Source of the DNA: Bacteroidota bacterium
GTDB taxonomy: Bacteria; Bacteroidota; Bacteroidia; Bacteroidales; GCA-2748055
DNA: 64,000 bases
Assembly: GCA_049325415.1 (NCBI GenBank)
Contig: JBMOLL010000071.1
Span: 5,440 to 69,439, forward strand
Reading direction: 5' to 3'
Position numbers and translations under genes: made by a program. Below, piece by piece: positions 9,927 to 19,996 of this stretch; position 1 is the first letter of the stretch; every line of letters starts with the position of its first letter. The notes under the pieces were generated by a model. The model did not search any database. It was given only the letters and a program-made list of their open reading frames with translations, and was not told where the DNA came from.

Positions 9927-11299
9927 CTTCCTTTTGAAATTAAAGAGTCCGGCTTTTTCCTGTTGAAGACTGACAGCATAATGAGCAGGATCAGGCAGAG
10001 CCCTGCCATAATAAGTACGGTGGCATTCCCCGTCCCTTCTCTCATGGTCAGCAACTTCCCGTACAGGCTCGCTCCTGCTTCAATGGGTGCCGGTGCCATT
10101 TCAGGGAATATGTTTTCAGAATCGCTTTCACCCGCATAAAAACGGGTGAGCTCATCGTTGATCCGGCTTAGCTCCTCCGGCCAGGAGGGGTTCACCTCTC
10201 CGACCGCAGGAAAGTCGCGGCCGGCCCATTTACCTTCAATAATACCATTCCTGATCAGTACAAAACCGGGATTGGAGCGGATCACTGTCTTCAGCATAAT
10301 CTCATCCGCAGCACAGAATTCCAGATCAATTCCGGCGTCGTTCCTGAGTTCATCCACAAGTTGTGCGGTTGATGCCGTTATGGCATAAAATGAAAGATCG
10401 CCGGCGAATGCAGCCAGATCGGCCCATGCATCGGCCTTTTGCACATCCTCCTTTCGGGCCCCGTCCAGATTATAACTGATCATCAGCAAAACAGGATCCG
10501 GACTCTCCAGAATACTTTCGGTCAGGCTCGTTCCATTGGCATCAAGGATGGCGAAATCATGGATAGGCGGCTCATATCCGCTTGATATCAAAACAGATAC
10601 CGCATCGTCAAATTTCCATTCCGTGGTATCCCGGGGATAATTTTCCAGCGTAAACTCCTCCACCTTCCCGCTTGCGACATTACGGTAAAAGAGTCTGGTC
10701 TCATACTGATCCACCGGCGCATCGGGGGGAAGTTCCATACTTTCCGGAATGGAGGTGCCCACTGAAAAAGGCCGGAAATCGATGACAGGCAGATGGCGGT
10801 AGCTGTACCATGAGAAAAGGACAGTGAGCAGGAAAACAGTAGCTACTCCATAAGCCTGGTGGATGAAAAAAACGTTCCCTGTCTCCCTCTTTCTGTCGAT
10901 GAACAGGAATATCACAAAAGGAAGCAGGATGATATTCTTGAAAAAGGTCTCCCAGTTGCTGAGTATAACCGCATCGCCGAAGCAGCCGCAATCCGATACG
11001 GGATTGGTAAGCGCGAGTACAAAGGTGAGTACGGTAAAAAACGACATAAAAACCAGAAGCGCCCAGGCGGTAAGCCGCCGGCAATAACCAATGATCAGGG
11101 AAACTCCGATGACCAGTTCCAGTGACGACAGGCAGAAGGCAAGAACCAGGGAAACAGGTTCAAGGAAACCGAGATGGAAAGCGCTGAAATAATCGCTGAA
11201 TTTGTATGCCGAACCCAGGGGGTCAACCGCCTTCACAAAACCACTGAATACAAAAAGGAGTCCCGGCACCAGCCGGATAAGGTATCTCAGAATCTTCAT
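9923..11299 (-). CDS. DoxX/MauE-like membrane protein with a thioredoxin-fold-like C-terminal domain
   Basis: 458 aa. The N-terminal part has 4-5 TM helices and an SDCGCFGD motif typical of the MauE/DoxX family. The soluble C-terminal region lacks CxxC. A final TM helix follows. Confidence 0.7.
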   Translation of the reverse strand: MKILRYLIRLVPGLLFVFSGFVKAVDPLGSAYKFSDYFSAFHLGFLEPVSLVLAFCLSSLELVIGVSLIIGYCRRLTAWALLVFMSFFTVLTFVLALTNPVSDCGCFGDAVILSNWETFFKNIILLPFVIFLFIDRKRETGNVFFIHQAYGVATVFLLTVLFSWYSYRHLPVIDFRPFSVGTSIPESMELPPDAPVDQYETRLFYRNVASGKVEEFTLENYPRDTTEWKFDDAVSVLISSGYEPPIHDFAILDANGTSLTESILESPDPVLLMISYNLDGARKEDVQKADAWADLAAFAGDLSFYAITASTAQLVDELRNDAGIDLEFCAADEIMLKTVIRSNPGFVLIRNGIIEGKWAGRDFPAVGEVNPSWPEELSRINDELTRFYAGESDSENIFPEMAPAPIEAGASLYGKLLTMREGTGNATVLIMAGLCLILLIMLSVFNRKKPDSLISKGS

Positions 11300-11310
11300 T
11301 ATATACTTAT

Positions 11311-12006
11311 TTACAGATCTTTCAACATTTCTATCCGCCGAAGCGATCCTGCAATCTTTTCCGCCACTTTTTCCGGGGGCAACATCCCGCCATCCGTGGC
11401 TGTACAGTTCACGATCAGCATATCTTCGTAATCAGCCCCTATCTCAAGGTAAACTTCTCTCACCTTTTCCTGAAACGACAGATCCTGTTCATGGATGTCT
11501 CCCTTGCCGTTGAGATAGCTCCGGTCGTCCCCTTCTCTTGCTTCTCCAAGCCTGCTTCTGGTAAATGAGAATGGCACATCAAGGAAGATATTCAGATCGG
11601 GTTTAGGAAGATGATAATAGGAGTATTCCAGATGAAGGATCCAGTCCCTCAAACGACGCCGTTCGTCGGGCCCGGCTGTTTTTGCACCCTGAAACGCGAT
11701 ATTGGAATAAACATAACGGTCGACCAGTACGAGCTTTCCCGCTGAGATCCAGTTCCGGATCATCTCAGCAGCATCGGCGCGGTCGCCGGCATAGATCAGG
11801 GCCACCAGGTAGGGATCGACCTGTCCGATCTCCCCCATCTCACCTCTCAGGAAACGGGCGATCATTTCCCCGAAGATCCCTTCATTCAGCCTCGGAAAGT
11901 GAAGATATTCATAGGCTATCCCCCTGTTTTCCAGCCTTGACTTCAGCATGCTGACCTGGGTGGATTTACCCGATCCGTCAAGCCCTTCCAGTACAATAAA
12001 ACCCAT
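11311..12006 (-). CDS. tmk: Thymidylate kinase (dTMP kinase family)
   Basis: 231 aa with P-loop EGLDGSGKSTQ and the DRYVYSNIAFQ motif. Confidence 0.82.
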   Translation of the reverse strand: MGFIVLEGLDGSGKSTQVSMLKSRLENRGIAYEYLHFPRLNEGIFGEMIARFLRGEMGEIGQVDPYLVALIYAGDRADAAEMIRNWISAGKLVLVDRYVYSNIAFQGAKTAGPDERRRLRDWILHLEYSYYHLPKPDLNIFLDVPFSFTRSRLGEAREGDDRSYLNGKGDIHEQDLSFQEKVREVYLEIGADYEDMLIVNCTATDGGMLPPEKVAEKIAGSLRRIEMLKDL

Positions 12007-12208
12007 TCCTGATTAATTTTTTAACATCTGTATGGACCCAGCATCCAAACTTACAAAAATAAAAGAAAAGCGCTTTAATCCGAGAGATATTTGCATATTC
12101 CGGAACAAGCCCGGCCCGTGAATGTTCCTTCATCTGAGCAAATGATCATAGCGGGATTTGCATTTATTCGGGGAAAAATCTTAAGTTAGTAATCCAGTTA
12201 AGAATACC

Positions 12209-13090
12209 ATGAGACCAGACCAGACACCGGAGACCTTTTTTTCACCTTATCTGAGTATAAATATCAGGGGTGAACTAATGCAGTTTGATCAACCGAGGAT
12301 TATGGGGATTATTAACCTGACCCCGGATTCGTTTTACGAAGCCAGCCGGACAGGCCTCGGGAAGGTCACAGAAACTGCCGGAAAGATGCTGGCCGACGGA
12401 GCTGAGATACTCGACATCGGGGCTGTATCCTCCCGGCCCGGATCACGGCCGGTAACGGAGGAAGAGGAGACCGACCGGCTGCGCCCTGCCCTGGCAGAGC
12501 TGCGCAGTGCTTTCCCCGGGGCGATCATCAGCGTGGATACTTTTCGCTCCGGCGTAGCCAGAATGGTGGTGGAGGAGTTCGGTACGGACCTGATAAATGA
12601 TATCTCGGCGGGCGAGATGGATCCGGAGATGTACCGTACCATTTCGAGGCTGAAGGTACCCTACATAATAATGCATATGAAAGGGAATCCGGAAAATATG
12701 CAGGATAATCCGGTCTATGAGAATATCACCGACGAGGTAGTCAGGTATTTCAGCCAGAAGGTCTTTCTTTTGAAAAAAGCCGGAATCACCGACATCGTCA
12801 TCGACCCCGGCTTTGGCTTCGGAAAGACAATGGAGCATAATTACAGCCTGCTTTCCAGCCTCGACGCTTTTCGGATTTTTGAGTTGCCGATCCTGGTAGG
12901 GCTTTCAAGGAAATCGATGATCTACAAACTTTTTGAAAGCACGCCGGAGGAAGCTCTGAACGGCACAACCGCCGTGCATATGGCTGCGCTTGAGAGGGGG
13001 GCAAATATCCTGAGGGTGCATGACGTACAGGCGGCAGCGGAAGCGATCAAAGTGTTTATGGCCCTGAAAGGCCGGCATACTGACCGCTAG
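12209..13090 (+). CDS. folP: Dihydropteroate synthase
   Basis: Motifs IMGIINLTPDSFY, ILDIGAVSSRPG, INDISAG and GFGFGKT. Confidence 0.9.
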   Translation: MRPDQTPETFFSPYLSINIRGELMQFDQPRIMGIINLTPDSFYEASRTGLGKVTETAGKMLADGAEILDIGAVSSRPGSRPVTEEEETDRLRPALAELRSAFPGAIISVDTFRSGVARMVVEEFGTDLINDISAGEMDPEMYRTISRLKVPYIIMHMKGNPENMQDNPVYENITDEVVRYFSQKVFLLKKAGITDIVIDPGFGFGKTMEHNYSLLSSLDAFRIFELPILVGLSRKSMIYKLFESTPEEALNGTTAVHMAALERGANILRVHDVQAAAEAIKVFMALKGRHTDR

Positions 13091-13130
13091 ATGCATCTTT
13101 TTGCTAATTTTGGAGGATTAAACCGGAACC

Positions 13131-13922
13131 ATGCTGCTGGCATTTATACATATCCGCTTCCTCGACGTAATTGATATCATACTGGTAGCCATTCTTTTAT
13201 ACCAGCTGTATATCCTTATCCGGGGTACTGTGGCGTTCAATATTTTCCTGGGGATTGCTGCGATATATATTTTCTGGTGGCTGTTCAGGGCTTTAAAGAT
13301 GGAACTGATCAGTTCCATTATCGGCCAGGTGATCGGTGTGGGGGTCATTGCCCTGATCATTGTTTTTCAGCAGGAGATCAGACGCTTCCTGATCTATATC
13401 GGTTCCCGCTATATCAAAGGGAACCGAATAAGTTTTGAGAGGTTTTTTAATCTGCAACTCGACAGCAAACCGGCGGTCAGGATCAAGTCGGTCGTTAAAG
13501 CAGTCATGCAACTGGCACAGGATCAGACGGGTGCGCTGATCGTGATCCGGAAACGATCCAACCTTGATATGTTTACCGAAAGCGGTGACATTCTGAATGC
13601 CGACACCTCCAGCCGCCTGCTCATCAGTATTTTCAACAAGCTCAGTCCTCTGCACGATGGAGCTGTGCTTATCGACAATGAAAAAATCAGGGCAGCGAGG
13701 GTGGTTCTGCCGGTAACGGAAAAACTGGACCTGCCGCCCGAATATGGTTTGCGGCACAAAGCCGCCCTGGGTATCTCCGAAGTAACCGACTCCTTTGTCA
13801 TTGTAGTTTCGGAGGAAACCGGGCAGATTTCCGTCGCCGAAGATGGTCAGATGCAGAAAAATATCTCGCTTAAAGTACTGATGGAGAAGATGGAAAGCAG
13901 GTTTGGCGGGACGCAGGAATAA
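13131..13922 (+). CDS. cdaA: Diadenylate cyclase (membrane-anchored CdaA/DacA type)
   Basis: 263 aa with three N-terminal TM helices. The DAC domain shows LHDGAVLI (DGA motif), GLRHKAALGISE (RHR-like motif) and VVSEETGQISVA. Confidence 0.9.
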   Translation: MLLAFIHIRFLDVIDIILVAILLYQLYILIRGTVAFNIFLGIAAIYIFWWLFRALKMELISSIIGQVIGVGVIALIIVFQQEIRRFLIYIGSRYIKGNRISFERFFNLQLDSKPAVRIKSVVKAVMQLAQDQTGALIVIRKRSNLDMFTESGDILNADTSSRLLISIFNKLSPLHDGAVLIDNEKIRAARVVLPVTEKLDLPPEYGLRHKAALGISEVTDSFVIVVSEETGQISVAEDGQMQKNISLKVLMEKMESRFGGTQE

Positions 13923-13933
13923 AAACCACCATC

Positions 13934-14761
13934 ATGAATACTAAAGAATTTCTCCAGTACACCCTGTTCAGTTTCGACAATATCACCCTCACAGTCACCC
14001 GCCTGATCGAGATCATTGTCATTCTCGTGATTACCCGGTTTCTGATCTGGGGTGTAAAGAAGATATCCCGCAGGCAGGTGGCAGCAGGAAAGACGGATCC
14101 CGGCAGCACGGCTTCTGTGAATCAGATCTTCAGCTATGTAGCCTGGATCATTGCCATCTCGATCATCCTGGAAATGATCGGTGTAAAGCTCACCCTCCTC
14201 ATCGCCGGATCAGCCGCCCTGCTGGTTGGTATCGGGCTTGGATTGCAGCAGATTTTCAAGGATTTCATCGGCGGCATCATCCTGTTGTTCGACCGCTCAC
14301 TCAAGGTTTCCGATGTGGTGGAACTGAATGAGGTTGTTGGCCGGGTTCTTAAGATCACCCTGCGAACCACCCACCTCGAAACCAGGGATAACATTCACCT
14401 GATCATACCCAATTCCAAATTTGTGGAAAGTGAGGTGATCAACTGGAGTTATGACGAAAAGAAAACCCGCTTTTACATCAAGGTTGGGGTCGCCTATGGT
14501 TCGGATACGGCAAAGGTCAGTGAGTTGCTTGTTCAGGCTGCGCTGATGGACCCGAAGGTATTCAGGGAGCCTGTACCCTATGTCCTGCTGAAGGATTTTG
14601 GAGATTCATCCCTGAACTTCGAACTGGTATTCTGGACCGATCAGATCTTCAGGGTGGAATTCCTGAAAAGCGAGATCCGCTTCATCATTGACCGCCTTTT
14701 CCGGGAGAACGGAATTACCATTCCCTTCCCGCAGCAGGATGTCCATATTATAAAGGACTAG
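13934..14761 (+). CDS. Mechanosensitive ion channel, MscS family
   Basis: 275 aa with N-terminal TM helices. The MscS beta-domain signature is present (FDRSLKVSDVVELNEVVGRVLKITLRTTHLETRDNIHLIIPNSKF). Confidence 0.85.
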   Translation: MNTKEFLQYTLFSFDNITLTVTRLIEIIVILVITRFLIWGVKKISRRQVAAGKTDPGSTASVNQIFSYVAWIIAISIILEMIGVKLTLLIAGSAALLVGIGLGLQQIFKDFIGGIILLFDRSLKVSDVVELNEVVGRVLKITLRTTHLETRDNIHLIIPNSKFVESEVINWSYDEKKTRFYIKVGVAYGSDTAKVSELLVQAALMDPKVFREPVPYVLLKDFGDSSLNFELVFWTDQIFRVEFLKSEIRFIIDRLFRENGITIPFPQQDVHIIKD

Positions 14762-15405
14762 TTGCCCGATCCCCTGAAAAGGAAACCCGCCTTTTTCTCT
14801 TCACCCCTGATCAGCCGACGGATATTGCTACGGTGTGTATAAATAAGCAGGACAGAAACCAGCAGGGCAAAGATCTTCATCGACAGGTAGGGAGTTCCCG
14901 GAAAGACAATGGCCCAGAGGGGAAAGGAGATCCCGGCGGAGACCGAGGCTACGGAAACGTACCGGAAAAGCAGCAGTACCAGGATAAAGACCGCCAGTGA
15001 AAGCAAGGTAGCATAGGGATGAAGGGCAAGACCCACACCGGCAATGGTTGCCACCCCCTTCCCTCCCCTGAAACCGGCAAAAACAGGGTAAATATGCCCG
15101 GCTACGGCAATGATTCCCAGGCCGATCCTGAGCAGCATCCAGTATTCATCTCCCTCGGGCAGAACCTTCTGGAAGCCGGAGAGCGTTACTGCCAGCCAGC
15201 CCTTGAGCATATCCAGGATAAGGACCGGGATCCCGGTCCTAAGCCCCAGCACCCTCATTACATTGGTTGCACCGGCATTTCCGCTGCCATGTTCCCTTAT
15301 ATCCAGGCCGAAAAAAAGTTTTCCGGCCCAGATGGAAAAAGTAAGCGAACCCAGCAGGTAAGCTGCAGGAAGCATCCAGGCGAGCGAAAGAACAAGTTCA
15401 GGCAT
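14758..15405 (-). CDS. plsY: Glycerol-3-phosphate acyltransferase PlsY
   Basis: 215-aa polytopic membrane protein with the GSGNAGATNVMRVLG motif. Confidence 0.9.
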   Translation of the reverse strand: MPELVLSLAWMLPAAYLLGSLTFSIWAGKLFFGLDIREHGSGNAGATNVMRVLGLRTGIPVLILDMLKGWLAVTLSGFQKVLPEGDEYWMLLRIGLGIIAVAGHIYPVFAGFRGGKGVATIAGVGLALHPYATLLSLAVFILVLLLFRYVSVASVSAGISFPLWAIVFPGTPYLSMKIFALLVSVLLIYTHRSNIRRLIRGEEKKAGFLFRGSGN

Positions 15406-15430
15406 TCCGTTCAGATTTTCATCGGCAGTC

Positions 15431-17038
15431 TCAGATCACGGGACCGGCTTTTTCAAGCTCCCTGCCCTGTTCGTTATCGGTAAACTGCCTGAAGTTTTCA
15501 ATAAAGCGGGAGGCCAGGTCCCTGGCTTTTTTCTCCCATTCGGCAGGTTCGGAATAGGTATTCCTGGGATCAAGGATCCCGGAATCAACACCTGGAAGAG
15601 AAAGTGGTATGCTCAGGTTGAATACCGGGATCTGCCGGGTTTCAGCCCTGTCTAGATCACCATTAAGTATGGCATCAATGATGGAACGGGTATCCCTGAT
15701 GGAAATCCTTTTACCGGTCCCGTTCCAACCTGTATTCACCAGGTAGGCAGTTGCCCCGGAGGCTTCCATCCTCTTTACCAGTTCTTCCGCATAGCGTGTC
15801 GGATGAAGGGTGAGGAAGGCTGCTCCGAAGCAGGCGGAGAAGGTTGGCTTTGGCTCGGTGATCCCTCTTTCTGTTCCGGCAAGTTTGGCTGTGAAACCCG
15901 ACAGAAAATGATACTTGGTCTGTTCGGGACTCAGTCGCGAAACCGGAGGCATAACACCAAAGGCATCAGCAGTGAGAAAGATGACTTTCGTGGCGTGCCC
16001 GGCCCTGGATACCGGCTTCACAATATTTGCGATATGGTAGATCGGATAGGATACACGGGTATTCTCGGTCACTGATCCGTCGGAGAAGTCGACCTTACCC
16101 GCTTCATCGACCGTCACGTTTTCCAGGAGGGCATCCCTTTTAATGGCAGAAAAAATATCCGGTTCATTTTCCCGGCTCAGGTTTATCGTCTTGGCATAGC
16201 ATCCCCCCTCGAAGTTAAAGATCCCGTGATCGTCCCAGCCATGCTCATCGTCGCCGATCAGGGCTCTTTTGGGATCGGTGGACAGGGTGGTTTTTCCTGT
16301 TCCCGAAAGCCCGAAGAATATGGCCACATCGCCACGGGCCCCGACATTAGCCGAGCAGTGCATGGCGGCAATGCCCTTGAGCGGCAGGTAGTAATTCATG
16401 ACGGAAAATATTCCCTTTTTCATCTCCCCTCCGTACCAGGTACCCCCGATAACCGCTTTCCTCTCGCTAAGGTTGAAGAAAACGAAGACCTCAGAATTCA
16501 ATCCCTGCTCCTGCCAGTGAGGATTGGTGGTTTTTGCTGCATTCAACACCACAAAATCAGGTTCAAAGACCCTGAGTTCCTCATCAGAAGGGCGGATGAA
16601 CATATTCCTTACAAAATGTGCCTGCCAGGCAACCTCCATTATAAAGCGGACTTTCAGCCGAGTATCCTCGTTGGCCCCGCAGAAGCAATCCACTACATAA
16701 ACCTTTTTGCTGCTGAACTGCCGGGCTGCCAGCTCATAACCCTGATTCCAGACCTCCCGGGTGATGGGTTTATTATCGGATGATTTTGCCTTTTCGCTCT
16801 TCCACCAGACGGTCTGTTCGGTTGTCGCATCTTTTACAACATATTTATCCTTCGGCGACCTGCCGGTAAACACCCCGGTCATCACGTTGACTGCCCCGTA
16901 TTCGGTCAGCACACCCCTCTCATAACCAGAAAGTTCAGGGGATAATTCTTCGCTGAATAGTTCCTCAAATGAGGGATTGTGGACTATTTCAGTGACCTGG
17001 TGAATACCATAAGCTGATAGATCCAAATTGTTCATCAT
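15431..17038 (-). CDS. pckA: Phosphoenolpyruvate carboxykinase (ATP)
   Basis: 535 aa with kinase-1a loop [13 protein letters not shown], the GDDEHGW motif and an overall ATP-PEPCK pattern. Confidence 0.95.
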   Translation of the reverse strand: MMNNLDLSAYGIHQVTEIVHNPSFEELFSEELSPELSGYERGVLTEYGAVNVMTGVFTGRSPKDKYVVKDATTEQTVWWKSEKAKSSDNKPITREVWNQGYELAARQFSSKKVYVVDCFCGANEDTRLKVRFIMEVAWQAHFVRNMFIRPSDEELRVFEPDFVVLNAAKTTNPHWQEQGLNSEVFVFFNLSERKAVIGGTWYGGEMKKGIFSVMNYYLPLKGIAAMHCSANVGARGDVAIFFGLSGTGKTTLSTDPKRALIGDDEHGWDDHGIFNFEGGCYAKTINLSRENEPDIFSAIKRDALLENVTVDEAGKVDFSDGSVTENTRVSYPIYHIANIVKPVSRAGHATKVIFLTADAFGVMPPVSRLSPEQTKYHFLSGFTAKLAGTERGITEPKPTFSACFGAAFLTLHPTRYAEELVKRMEASGATAYLVNTGWNGTGKRISIRDTRSIIDAILNGDLDRAETRQIPVFNLSIPLSLPGVDSGILDPRNTYSEPAEWEKKARDLASRFIENFRQFTDNEQGRELEKAGPVI

Positions 17039-17069
17039 TTTAAATATTTTGTAATGAATTAAAAGTATA

Positions 17070-17108
17070 AAGGTGATTTTTGCTTTCAGATTGAAAGAAA
17101 ATCACCTT
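17070..17108 (-). other. Extended hairpin in the pckA 5' leader / ppdK-pckA spacer
   Basis: Outer stem aaggtgatttt/aaaatcacctt (11 bp) enclosing inner stem ctttca/tgaaag (6 bp). It lies 32 nt upstream of the pckA start codon. Confidence 0.35.
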
Positions 17109-17136
17109 CCCCGACCTTTGGTGTTGAACAAATATC

Positions 17137-17176
17137 AAAAAAAAAAGCAGTAAAACAAAGTTTTACTGCCTTTTTT
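17137..17176 (-). terminator. Intrinsic terminator downstream of ppdK
   Basis: Perfect stem gcagtaaaac/gttttactgc. A run of 10 A lies on the plus strand (T-run on the minus strand). A T6 run on the other side makes it potentially bidirectional. Confidence 0.65.
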
Positions 17177-17198
17177 AAAAAAGTCGGCTTTAACCGGC

Positions 17199-19925
17199 TC
17201 AGGCCTGCTTGAGTGCTGCCTGTGCAGCTGCAAGCCTTGCAATAGGAACTCGGAAGGGCGAGCAGCTGACGTAGTTCATTCCTACCTTATGGCAGAATTC
17301 AACGGAGCTGGGTTCGCCGCCATGTTCGCCGCAGATACCGACTTTCAGATCAGGTCTGGTGGACCGGCCTCTTTTGGTACCCATATCAACGAGCTGGCCA
17401 ACACCTTCCTGGTCGAGTACCTGGAAAGGATCCTGTTTGAGCAGGCCTTTTTTCAGGTAAACCGGGAGGAATTTACCGGCATCGTCGCGGGAATAACCGA
17501 AGGTCATCTGGGTAAGGTCGTTGGTACCGAATGAGAAGAACTCGGCATCCTGGGCAATCTTATCAGCGGTAAGAGCAGCCCTGGGGATTTCGATCATGGT
17601 TCCGACCTTATAGTCGATCCTGTCATTCCTTTCGGCGAAAACGGTTTCAGCTGTTTTCCTGACAATCTCTTCCTGCATCTTGAACTCTTTCTGGGTTCCG
17701 ATCAGCGGGATCATGATTTCGGGAATGGCAGTCACACCCTTTTTCTTCAGGTTGAGAGCAGCCTCAATAATGGCTCTTGCCTGCATCTCGGTAATTTCGG
17801 GATAGGTGTTGCCGAGGCGGCATCCCCTGTGTCCGAGCATCGGGTTGAATTCGGCGAGGTCTTCCACCTTGGCTTTCACTTCCTCAACAGAGATTCCCAT
17901 TTCTTTGGCCATTTCCTTCTGGTTGGCTTCTTCATGGGGAACGAATTCATGTAAGGGCGGGTCGAGCAGACGGATGGTCACGGGAAGTCCGTTCATAGCT
18001 TCGAAGATTCCTTCAAAGTCTTCGCGCTGGATCGGGAGCAGTTTCTCCAGTCCTTTTCTCCTGCCTGCCTCATCGGAAGCAAGGATCATTTCACGCATAG
18101 CCTTGATACGGTCGCCTTCAAAGAACATATGCTCGGTACGGCAGAGACCGATACCTTTTGCGCCAAAGCCCCTGGCCACGGTTGAATCGTGCGGAGTGTC
18201 GGCATTGGTCCTGACATGCATGGTAGCATATTTGTCGGCCAGGGTCATCAGATCGCCGAAATCGCCGCTCATATCCGGATCAATGGTGGCAATTTTACCG
18301 TCATAAACCTCACCGGTTGAACCGTTAAGTGAGATCCAGTCGCCCTCTTTGTAGGTTTTGCCTTCAGCAACCATGGTGCGGGCCCTGTAATCAATTTTCA
18401 CTCCACCTGCACCGGATACACAGCATTTACCCATACCGCGTGCCACAACGGCAGCGTGAGAGGTCATACCGCCACGGGCGGTAAGGATACCGCGTGCAAG
18501 GTTCATCCCTTTAAGATCTTCGGGAGAGGTTTCTATACGGACAAGGATCACATCTTTACCTTTTTCAGCCCATTCTTCCACCTCGTCGGCGAAGAATACA
18601 ATCTGACCGGTAGAGGCACCCGGGGAAGCGGGAAGACCTTTAGCCACAACCTTGGCTGCAGCAATGGCTTTCTTTTCAAAAACCGGGTGAAGAAGTTCAT
18701 CCAGTTTATTGGGTTCCTGGCGGAGAAGAGCGGTTTTCTCTTCGATCTTACCTTCCCTGAGAAGATCCATGGCAATTTTCACCATGGCAGCACCGGTCCT
18801 TTTTCCGTTACGGGTCTGGAGCAGCCAGAGATTACCTTCCTGGATGGTGAATTCGAGGTCCTGCATGTCCTTGTAATGTTCTTCCAGTTTTCTCTGGGTG
18901 GCAAACAGTTCCTGGTATACTTCAGGCATAACTTCCTCGAGGGAAGGATATTTGTTTTTGCGCTCTTCTTCGCTTACCTGGGCGAGTTTGGCCCAACGGA
19001 GCGAACCTTCTTTGGTGATCTGCTGCGGAGTGCGAACACCGGCAACCACATCTTCACCCTGGGCATTGATCAGGTATTCACCATTGAAAATATTTTCACC
19101 GGTAGCTGCATCACGGGTGAAAGCCACACCGGTACCAGAGGTCTGGCCCATGTTGCCAAAGACCATTGCCTGTACGTTCACAGCGGTTCCCCATTCTTCG
19201 GGGATCTGGTTGAGCAGCCTGTAATACTTGGCACGCTCGTTCTGCCAGCTGTCAAATACAGCCATTACGGCACCCCAGAGCTGTTCCCACGGATCGGTCG
19301 GGAAATCCTTACCTGTGCGTTCCTTAACAACTTTACGGAATTTAAGCACCAGTTCCTTCAGATCAGCAACGGAAAGATGAGTGTCTTCCTCTACGCCACG
19401 CGATTCTTTCATCTCATCGATAATCTCTTCGAAGGGATCGATATCCTCTTTGGAAGCAGGTTTCATCCCAAGTACAACATCTCCGTACATCTGTACGAAA
19501 CGACGGTAGCTGTCCCATGCAAAACGTTCGTTCCCAGTCTTGTTGATAAGACCGGCAACCGCATCCTCGTTCATACCAAGGTTGAGCACGGTGTCCATCA
19601 TACCCGGCATGGAAACCCTTGCACCGGAACGGACCGAAACCAGACAGGGATTTTCATTACTGCCGAATTTGGTACCCATGATGTCTTCAATATTCTTCAC
19701 AGCAGCCTCAACTTCTTCTTTGATCAGTTCGATCACTTTTTCACGTCCTAACTGATTGTATTCAGTACAAACTTCAGTAGTAATGGTGAATCCCGGAGGA
19801 ACAGCCACACCGATCAGACTCATCTCAGCGAGGTTGGCACCCTTGCCACCCAGCAGATTTTTCATGTCAGTCCTACCTTCAGCCTTTTTATTCCCGAAGG
19901 TATAAACACGTTTAACTTTAGACAT
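17199..19925 (-). CDS. ppdK: Pyruvate, phosphate dikinase
   Basis: 908 aa with GGKGANLAEM, the phospho-histidine loop GGMTSHAAVVARGMG, and the C-terminal PEP-utilising motif GICGEHGGEPSS. Confidence 0.95.
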   Translation of the reverse strand: MSKVKRVYTFGNKKAEGRTDMKNLLGGKGANLAEMSLIGVAVPPGFTITTEVCTEYNQLGREKVIELIKEEVEAAVKNIEDIMGTKFGSNENPCLVSVRSGARVSMPGMMDTVLNLGMNEDAVAGLINKTGNERFAWDSYRRFVQMYGDVVLGMKPASKEDIDPFEEIIDEMKESRGVEEDTHLSVADLKELVLKFRKVVKERTGKDFPTDPWEQLWGAVMAVFDSWQNERAKYYRLLNQIPEEWGTAVNVQAMVFGNMGQTSGTGVAFTRDAATGENIFNGEYLINAQGEDVVAGVRTPQQITKEGSLRWAKLAQVSEEERKNKYPSLEEVMPEVYQELFATQRKLEEHYKDMQDLEFTIQEGNLWLLQTRNGKRTGAAMVKIAMDLLREGKIEEKTALLRQEPNKLDELLHPVFEKKAIAAAKVVAKGLPASPGASTGQIVFFADEVEEWAEKGKDVILVRIETSPEDLKGMNLARGILTARGGMTSHAAVVARGMGKCCVSGAGGVKIDYRARTMVAEGKTYKEGDWISLNGSTGEVYDGKIATIDPDMSGDFGDLMTLADKYATMHVRTNADTPHDSTVARGFGAKGIGLCRTEHMFFEGDRIKAMREMILASDEAGRRKGLEKLLPIQREDFEGIFEAMNGLPVTIRLLDPPLHEFVPHEEANQKEMAKEMGISVEEVKAKVEDLAEFNPMLGHRGCRLGNTYPEITEMQARAIIEAALNLKKKGVTAIPEIMIPLIGTQKEFKMQEEIVRKTAETVFAERNDRIDYKVGTMIEIPRAALTADKIAQDAEFFSFGTNDLTQMTFGYSRDDAGKFLPVYLKKGLLKQDPFQVLDQEGVGQLVDMGTKRGRSTRPDLKVGICGEHGGEPSSVEFCHKVGMNYVSCSPFRVPIARLAAAQAALKQA

Positions 19926-19988
19926 ACTAGCTACTTTTAATATTAATAATGAACAGATTAACTCTAAATTGGTAAAATTTTAAGAGTA

Positions 19989-19996
19989 CAAATGTA
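19989..19996 (-). promoter_or_regulatory. Bacteroidota -7 promoter motif (TAcaTTTG) upstream of ppdK
   Basis: The reverse complement of caaatgta is TACATTTG, matching the TAnnTTTG consensus. It lies about 63 nt upstream of the ppdK ATG in an AT-rich spacer. No well-spaced -33 TTTG was seen. Confidence 0.4.

Noticed and set aside
18456-19751. 431-aa plus-strand ORF inside ppdK
   Set aside because: It lies entirely antisense to a gene with unmistakable pyruvate-phosphate dikinase motifs. The translated sequence is low-complexity (F/L/G/H-rich) with no recognisable domain. It is a shadow ORF.
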